Below, piece by piece: positions 7,222-13,131 of a stretch of 13,131 nucleotides of DNA. The notes beneath the pieces were generated by a model. The model made no database searches, had not been told where the DNA came from, and was given only the letters and a program-made list of their open reading frames with translations. Source of the DNA: Candidatus Hodarchaeota archaeon (GTDB lineage: Archaea > Asgardarchaeota > Heimdallarchaeia > Hodarchaeales > Hodarchaeaceae); assembly GCA_016840035.1 (NCBI GenBank), contig JAEOTC010000269.1:1-13131 (forward strand), given 5' to 3'. Each line of letters begins with the position of its first letter. Positions within the stretch are counted from its first letter, which is position 1. A program made the position numbers and the translations under genes.

Positions 7222-7251
7222 CAGCGAATAATCCCTTGATTATCTCCTCAT

Positions 7252-9516
7252 TCAATTTCTGGATAGGAGTTTTAGTTGATTTATGATTTCAAAAGCTACA
7301 CTTTTACTCAATGGAGAGTTATCATTTCCACATTTGGGTGATTGAACGCACGATGGACAACCATCACTACAAAAACATTCGAGGATTAATTGTTGGACAT
7401 TAGATAATAATAAACTCCAATTTTCATAGAGTTTTTCAGCAATACCAATCCCTCCTGGAAATCCATCGTAAATAAATATTTTAGATGTCCCATCAGCCGG
7501 GAAATTCGGATATGAAGTTCCTCCAATATCCCAACGATCACAAAGTGCAAATAAGGGAGATAGAGCAATAGTAGCATGCTCTAATGCATGGATCCCTCCT
7601 GGAAAGTCTTTTTTTTCTGTTTTTAGTTTCTCCACGATAGATGAGGGAATTTCTATCCAAACAGATTTTGTTTCAAACTCCAACGGCGGGAGATCGAGAG
7701 GATTAATTTCGAGAAGTTCATCGTAGGTCTTTTTTCGATAAGCAAAGTAATATTCAGTTACCTTGACATTTCCAAATGTAATAGTATAACCATTATCTTT
7801 TTCTTGAATCTTTGAAAGAACTTCGACATCACTTGTTGAAATTGCTTCAGTATAATAATCAACATCATGACGGGATGCGATGGCTTTCCTGTTCTTCCAA
7901 TCAATCGTTTCAAGTAAATATTTCTCGCCTTGATGAATTAATATTGCTCCTTCGTGTGCTTCACGATATGCTTGCGATGTGGTCATCGTTTCTAACAATT
8001 TATTATTAACAACTATCTCTATAGTTTCAGTAAATGCTGAATTCAAACTTACCTGTGCTGAGGGGTGTTTGATTGATTTAAGAACGATACCTGCAGGAAG
8101 AATTTTGATAATATCATTTTTCAATAATTCTTTAACTAATTTGAGACCAGTCTTTCCCCAAATTTTACTAATTTCAGATTTTTTTATGGGTAGTTCTGCT
8201 GCAGCACATAAGATGTGCCCTTTCAGAATGTATTTATTTGATAAATCAATAATAGCATTTTCTGGAGATTTATCAAGGAAATACTCCGGATGTCGACCTA
8301 AAAATTGTTGATATGCATCCTCAAATAAAACTAAGGTTGCAAGGGAAGGACGGGTAGTTCTACCTACGCGTCCTATTTGTTGCCATGTTGAGATTATCGT
8401 ACCTGGGAATCCACTTAGTATTACAGCATCGAGGTTTCCAATGTCTATACCTACCTCAAGTGCATTTGTACTGACAACTGCAGTTAGTTCCCGATTTCTT
8501 AACTGAGCTTCAATTTTTCTTCTTTCGTGAGGACGATAACCAGCGCGATATGCCATTATTTGGTTTGGATCATCCCCCGTCTGTTCTAGGTCTTGTCTGG
8601 CCCAAACAGTTAGTATTTCAGACATTTTTCTTGACAGTGTGAAACATAATGTTTGATAATGCTCTTTTAAATGAGTAAATAACAGGTTTCGAGTTTCTTG
8701 ATGAGGTGATCGTCGTTCTAGTTCAAATTGGTCTATATAAGGGGGATTCCAAATCACTAATTCTTTTGACCCTTGTTGAGAACCATCATTCGTGACAACA
8801 TGAACAGGTTTACCGATTAATTTTTCAGTAAAATCCTTGGGATTATTTATTGTTGCAGAAGAAAGAATGAATTGTGGTTGAGTACGATAAAACTCACAAA
8901 TTCTATGCAATCTCCGAATAAGTTGAGCAACATTTGACCCGAAAACTCCTCGATATGTATGAGCTTCATCTATGACAATATAGCGTAAATTCCGAAAAAA
9001 CCGTTCCCATTTCGAATGCCAGTCTAAATACCGGTGAAAGGCGTACGGATTTGAAATAATCACTTTAGCGGTGTTTCGAATTGCTGGTCGTCTTTCAGAT
9101 GGAGTATCACCATCATATATGAACGGACGTAGTCTTCCATCTAGTACAGCGTTTAATTCTTCCATTTTGGAAAGCTGATCATTAGCTAGTGCTTTCATGG
9201 GGTATAAAAACAATGCTGTGGAGTTTCTTTTTTGAGTAATGGCTTGAGCGACTGCTAAGGAAAAAATTAACGTCTTTCCTGAGGCAGTCGAGGTAGTAAC
9301 AACAATATCCTTCCCTTCATTTATTTTATTGAGTGCCTCGGCCTGATGAGAATATAGTTTCCATTCGTTATTTTGTAACCAATGTTCGAGTTCTGGTGCA
9401 ATTTGAAAATTCAGTGTACCAAATTGGGGTTTCTTTGCAGGAATAGATTTATGAAATATGATCTGGTTTTTATAAGATTTATTAGATTTTATTTGGTTAA
9501 TGAACTCAGAAATCAC
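7252..9516 (-). CDS. SF2 DEAH-box helicase with C-terminal DUF1998 Zn-binding domain (Hrq1/MrfA/SftH/RecQ4-like)
   Basis: LYSHQAEA, motif I TSTASGKT, Ia YPMKALANDQ, YDGDT, II DEAH, III SAT, YRAGY, V TNALEVGIDIG, VI QQIGRVGR, HALEHA, YDGFPGGIG, CFCSDGCPSCVQSPKC. GTG start overlaps the upstream TGA. Confidence 0.95.
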   Translation of the reverse strand: MISEFINQIKSNKSYKNQIIFHKSIPAKKPQFGTLNFQIAPELEHWLQNNEWKLYSHQAEALNKINEGKDIVVTTSTASGKTLIFSLAVAQAITQKRNSTALFLYPMKALANDQLSKMEELNAVLDGRLRPFIYDGDTPSERRPAIRNTAKVIISNPYAFHRYLDWHSKWERFFRNLRYIVIDEAHTYRGVFGSNVAQLIRRLHRICEFYRTQPQFILSSATINNPKDFTEKLIGKPVHVVTNDGSQQGSKELVIWNPPYIDQFELERRSPHQETRNLLFTHLKEHYQTLCFTLSRKMSEILTVWARQDLEQTGDDPNQIMAYRAGYRPHERRKIEAQLRNRELTAVVSTNALEVGIDIGNLDAVILSGFPGTIISTWQQIGRVGRTTRPSLATLVLFEDAYQQFLGRHPEYFLDKSPENAIIDLSNKYILKGHILCAAAELPIKKSEISKIWGKTGLKLVKELLKNDIIKILPAGIVLKSIKHPSAQVSLNSAFTETIEIVVNNKLLETMTTSQAYREAHEGAILIHQGEKYLLETIDWKNRKAIASRHDVDYYTEAISTSDVEVLSKIQEKDNGYTITFGNVKVTEYYFAYRKKTYDELLEINPLDLPPLEFETKSVWIEIPSSIVEKLKTEKKDFPGGIHALEHATIALSPLFALCDRWDIGGTSYPNFPADGTSKIFIYDGFPGGIGIAEKLYENWSLLLSNVQQLILECFCSDGCPSCVQSPKCGNDNSPLSKSVAFEIINQLKLLSRN

Positions 9517-11891
9517 AGAATATCACTCGCAGTACTCTTCATGGATCTTCCTGAACTATCACGGGTAATTTGGATTGAATGGGGAAATTGGTTTGCAATT
9601 TCTGTGATGTGGGTGATCAATATGATCTTAAATCTACCACTTAATTCAAACAGCTTCTTCACAAACGCTTGTTGAGCTTCAGTAGTATCAAGAGATCCCA
9701 AATCACCTTCATCAATAAATAGTGTTTTCTTAGATGGAGAATCACGTGTACTTGTTCCCCCAAATGACGAGAGTTCTTCACTAATTGCTAATCGAAGTGC
9801 AGCGTTAATCTGCGTTCTTTCACCTCCAGAAAAAGTAGAAATGTCTCTTGCTCCTTGAGAGGTGTGGATATTTATCTTAAAACCAAGTCCTTGCTTTCCT
9901 TTTTCAGTACGTTCTAATTGAACACTTGTGAGTCTTTGATTGGTCAAATCTGAAAGAATTAGAGAAGCTCTTCTTCCTAAATATGGGAGAATCTTGTTAA
10001 TGGCATAGAAAGGAGCTCCTTTTGTATGAAAAATCTCGTTCTTTAGTTTATTTAGAATATTTTCTTCTTGAACGAATTCGTTATATTTTTTCTCAAGATT
10101 TTTGATCTCAGGTTCTAATTTCAATATTTCTTGTACATTAGACTTAAGATTTTTTATATCTTGATCTATTCGAACACATTGTATCTGGATCTTCTCAGCT
10201 TGTTCGGTTTTTTCCTTAAAATCGGCCTTTACTTCGTCAAATTTTAGCTGAAATTGTTTGAAACTTGTAAGTTCTTTTTTGTAACCTGTTTGTTCTTCTT
10301 TTATTGATTCTATTTGTGCTTCCAACGTCTTGATTTTGCTGGTTGGATCAATTTTTGTTTCAAGCTTTTGTTTGGCTTTCCTATAATCAGTTCTAATCTT
10401 TTCATTCGATTTCTGAGATTTCTTCAATGTATCAAGATGTTTTTGAATTTCTGGAGTGAATTTTAACTGTTTAAGTCTAGATTTTTCTTCTTCAAGGTCC
10501 TTAGTTGAAGATTCTTTGAGTTCCTTTTTTCTCTGATTCAGAGTATCAAGTTCTGTTGTGAGTTGCTTTCCCAAATCCTGAATTTCAGAAAGTGTAAATG
10601 AATCAATATTGATCTTCTCTTTTTCGTGTACCAATTCTTTGAGATCTGCTCTGGCTGTCAATTGTTCATGATTTAGGTCCTTAATCAGGTTATCTGGTAA
10701 TTTCCATGACTTTTCAAGAGAAATTCTTTGAACTCTTTCCCCTAATCGGCCTTCTTGTTGCAAGATTTTGAAGGCTTTGTGATGGTCAATATCGGTTGAA
10801 AGGTTGGAAATTCGATCTGCAGTTTCTCTCTTTCGTTCAGTTTTTTGTTTGATCTCTTTAGTAATGCGCGATTCCTCTGCAATAAACCGTTTTTGATGTT
10901 TTTCAAGATTTGTATGAATTAGTGTATATTCCCGTTTTTTACTTTCTAGATTTCTTATCTCTTCATCGTGATCGGCAGCAACTTCAGTTTGTTTTTCTAA
11001 CTCTTTAACTCTTTCCTTCAGCTTTTTGAATTCCTTTAATTCCCCTTCTGTAGCATTTTTACTATAAATAGACTTTTCGAGCTGTTTTTCAGCATTTTTT
11101 TGTTTCTCCAGGATAATTTGATATTTTTCATGTTGAATTTGAAGTTTAGAATTCTCTTTCTCTTTTTCTGAGAGCTGAGAAAGAATCTTCTTCTCCTTGT
11201 CTTTTAGAGAATTGAGTTCTTTGGTTAATTTCTTTACTTTTCTTTCTAGATCCTCTTTTGAAGCAAAATTTCTCTTTTTCTCTCGCAATTCACCCTCTAC
11301 GTTATTTTTTAGGCCATTAATGGTGTTAAACTGAGCTTGTGCGTCCTGTATAGCTTTTTTGAAAATATCTAATCGAAAAAGATTTTGTAATGCTTCTAAA
11401 CGTTTTGTTGACGATTTAGATCCGAGTGATTTCATTTCATCTTGACGAATTATTGTGGAGTTGATAAAAGCAGCATAATTCATTCCCAATATTGTTGAGC
11501 GTATTTTTTCATTTAGCTCTGGAATCTTCCCATTTATTGGTTTACTGTTAATGAATAATTCAAGAAAGGTCTTGCCCTTAGTATCACGTCCTCGAATAAC
11601 TCTGTACGAGTTTTTACCGACGTTAAAGCGGCAGGTGACTCTCCCATTTTTACCACAAACATCCTCTGTTTTAACTACCGGTAGATCTAATCGTGAACTT
11701 CTACCAAAAAGGGAAAATGTCAATGCATCCAAAATGGTGGTTTTTCCTGAACCTGTGGGCCCTGAAATGACAATATTTGGAGCTTTGAAGGAAAATTTTG
11801 TAGGATTACTTCGATAATTCATAAAGCGGTAGACTTCTATGCTGGTTAAGTCAAAACCACCACCAATGAAGCTATTTTCTGTGCTACTCAC
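9513..11891 (-). CDS. sbcC: SbcC/Rad50-family SMC-like ATPase lacking the CxxC zinc hook
   Basis: Walker A GPTGSGKTT, Q-loop IRQDEM, long coiled coil, signature FSGGER, Walker B/D-loop LFIDEGDLGSLD, H-loop LITH; directly downstream of an SbcD/Mre11 gene. Confidence 0.92.
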   Translation of the reverse strand: MSSTENSFIGGGFDLTSIEVYRFMNYRSNPTKFSFKAPNIVISGPTGSGKTTILDALTFSLFGRSSRLDLPVVKTEDVCGKNGRVTCRFNVGKNSYRVIRGRDTKGKTFLELFINSKPINGKIPELNEKIRSTILGMNYAAFINSTIIRQDEMKSLGSKSSTKRLEALQNLFRLDIFKKAIQDAQAQFNTINGLKNNVEGELREKKRNFASKEDLERKVKKLTKELNSLKDKEKKILSQLSEKEKENSKLQIQHEKYQIILEKQKNAEKQLEKSIYSKNATEGELKEFKKLKERVKELEKQTEVAADHDEEIRNLESKKREYTLIHTNLEKHQKRFIAEESRITKEIKQKTERKRETADRISNLSTDIDHHKAFKILQQEGRLGERVQRISLEKSWKLPDNLIKDLNHEQLTARADLKELVHEKEKINIDSFTLSEIQDLGKQLTTELDTLNQRKKELKESSTKDLEEEKSRLKQLKFTPEIQKHLDTLKKSQKSNEKIRTDYRKAKQKLETKIDPTSKIKTLEAQIESIKEEQTGYKKELTSFKQFQLKFDEVKADFKEKTEQAEKIQIQCVRIDQDIKNLKSNVQEILKLEPEIKNLEKKYNEFVQEENILNKLKNEIFHTKGAPFYAINKILPYLGRRASLILSDLTNQRLTSVQLERTEKGKQGLGFKINIHTSQGARDISTFSGGERTQINAALRLAISEELSSFGGTSTRDSPSKKTLFIDEGDLGSLDTTEAQQAFVKKLFELSGRFKIILITHITEIANQFPHSIQITRDSSGRSMKSTASDIL

Positions 11892-13111
11892 AGCTTTTCT
11901 TCCACCTGAGCAAGCGCGTTGTCAAGAATTTCGAGACCTTTCTTCCGTAATTGCTCCAAATTAGGATCTTGATGGAAGGATTTTGTTATAAAGTCATTGA
12001 ATAGAACTAAAGGATCTAAAACAAAATCTTTAAGAACTACTTCTCGTTTTTTAGTGGAAGTATCCCAAAATAACTCGAAATAAAAGGATGCTTTCAGCGC
12101 CTGATGAATACGTAGTAATCTCACCTTATTCTTTAAATCGGTAGAGATTCTAATAATAATTCGAACTACCGCTCCTTCTATGTCTTTTGGTAGTTTTTGT
12201 AAGATATAATCAGTAGGATCCTCAACCATCGGAACTTCTATTGCTTTTTTAACGTATGAACGTGGATTATTAGAGATAAACTCTAATTTTCCTGTCTTAG
12301 TTTCGAATACATAGAATCCCTTGTCTTCAACCATTTCCCCAAAATCTACTCGTTCTAATGATCCTGGGATGAGGACTTTTTCGTTATGTAGTGTTTGTGT
12401 GGTATGGACATGACCAAAGATTGCAAGATCAATTGAATCGAAGGGTATCATATCTTTCTTAATTTGGAATTCGTGAGGAAGAAGGTTAGGGTAAGGAATA
12501 ATATTAATTTTTGAGTCCTCATAGAAATAATGTCCAACAATAATTTTTACTTTCGTTTTTAATTTAGCCAGCTCACGTCCAATAAAGTATTTGATGTATT
12601 CTTGACTTGCAACCATTCGTCGGTCTTTTTCAATCGTTTTCCCAAGCCTCTTATCAGCAAATTGTGCAATTTGCGATGCTGTAAGATAGGGAAGGAGGAT
12701 AAACCCCATGTCTTCTTCTGTATTCGCCGCTCGAACAGTAATTGCTTTGGGGGTTCTAGCAACGATACTTTTTGGGATTAATGAAATTTCTCCTAATGGT
12801 GAACCTTTTTCTAAGATCTGTGGAGAGTCATGGTTACCTCCAATACACACAATTGGTATCTTAGATTCGATAAGAGGCTTCCAAACCTTGTCCCTGACAT
12901 ATCGGAGAAGTGTAGGGCCAACAGTTACACGATCAAATAAATCTCCTGCAATGACAACTACATCTGCTTTGTTATCGATCGCATATGAAACAACTCTTGA
13001 TAAGGCATTAACGAAATCTAATGTTCGGTCACTCATTCCAGTCTTCAAATCTACACGGTAGGTATAGCGTTTTCCAAGATGAACATCGCTTACAATAATG
13101 AGCTTTGCCAT
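11888..13111 (-). CDS. sbcD: SbcD/Mre11-family metallophosphoesterase DNA repair nuclease
   Basis: Phosphoesterase motifs SDVHLG, AGDLFD, GNHD, GH, FGHVH, then PGSLERVDFGE..EDKG and a C-terminal helical region that plausibly binds Rad50. ATG at 13111 is preferred; TTG at 13120 is an alternative. Confidence 0.93.
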   Translation of the reverse strand: MAKLIIVSDVHLGKRYTYRVDLKTGMSDRTLDFVNALSRVVSYAIDNKADVVVIAGDLFDRVTVGPTLLRYVRDKVWKPLIESKIPIVCIGGNHDSPQILEKGSPLGEISLIPKSIVARTPKAITVRAANTEEDMGFILLPYLTASQIAQFADKRLGKTIEKDRRMVASQEYIKYFIGRELAKLKTKVKIIVGHYFYEDSKINIIPYPNLLPHEFQIKKDMIPFDSIDLAIFGHVHTTQTLHNEKVLIPGSLERVDFGEMVEDKGFYVFETKTGKLEFISNNPRSYVKKAIEVPMVEDPTDYILQKLPKDIEGAVVRIIIRISTDLKNKVRLLRIHQALKASFYFELFWDTSTKKREVVLKDFVLDPLVLFNDFITKSFHQDPNLEQLRKKGLEILDNALAQVEEKL

Positions 13112-13131
13112 TCTGATCAATTCACATATGA

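Noticed and set aside
6954-9675. ORFs 6954-7169(-), 7386-7577(-), 7812-8009(+), 7979-8311(+) and 9382-9675(+)
   Set aside because: Shadow or alternative-frame ORFs within dppB, the helicase and sbcC.
10080-11340. T-rich low-complexity tracts on the + strand
   Set aside because: Explained by Lys/Glu codons of the SbcC coiled coil; not a repeat element.
11551-13061. ORFs 11551-11817(+), 12559-12762(-) and 12708-13061(+)
   Set aside because: Overlap conserved sbcC/sbcD motifs; no recognisable products.
7252-13111. Assignment to a named defence system (DISARM, Druantia, Wadjet, Lamassu)
   Set aside because: No methylase, kleisin/KITE, Toprim or effector partners are visible; the helicase is the compact Hrq1/MrfA type and the nuclease is SbcD-like.

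Overview
AT-rich archaeal-looking window; an Asgard/Heimdallarchaeia-like host is inferred from GGAGGTG Shine-Dalgarno sites, a TATA-like box, oligo-T terminators and eukaryote-like Rio1 and S1P-like protease motifs. Plus strand: the 3' end of a CinA/PncC-like gene, a ~600-nt intergenic region dense in nested stems (with a Shine-Dalgarno-led 25-codon uORF, a U-tract and a long-range anti-SD element), a Rio1 kinase, a 74-aa coiled-coil protein, a 1240-aa membrane-anchored subtilase resembling eukaryotic site-1 protease, and a lone DppB-type permease. Minus strand: a GTGA-overlap-coupled operon of SbcD/Mre11 nuclease, SbcC/Rad50 ATPase with no CxxC zinc hook, and a Hrq1/MrfA/RecQ4-type DEAH-DUF1998 helicase. 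The best candidates for an undescribed system are (i) the structured, possibly attenuator-like RNA leader upstream of rio1 and (ii) the hookless Mre11-Rad50 plus Hrq1 module. All calls come from motif reading and hand base-pairing; no searches or folding were run.
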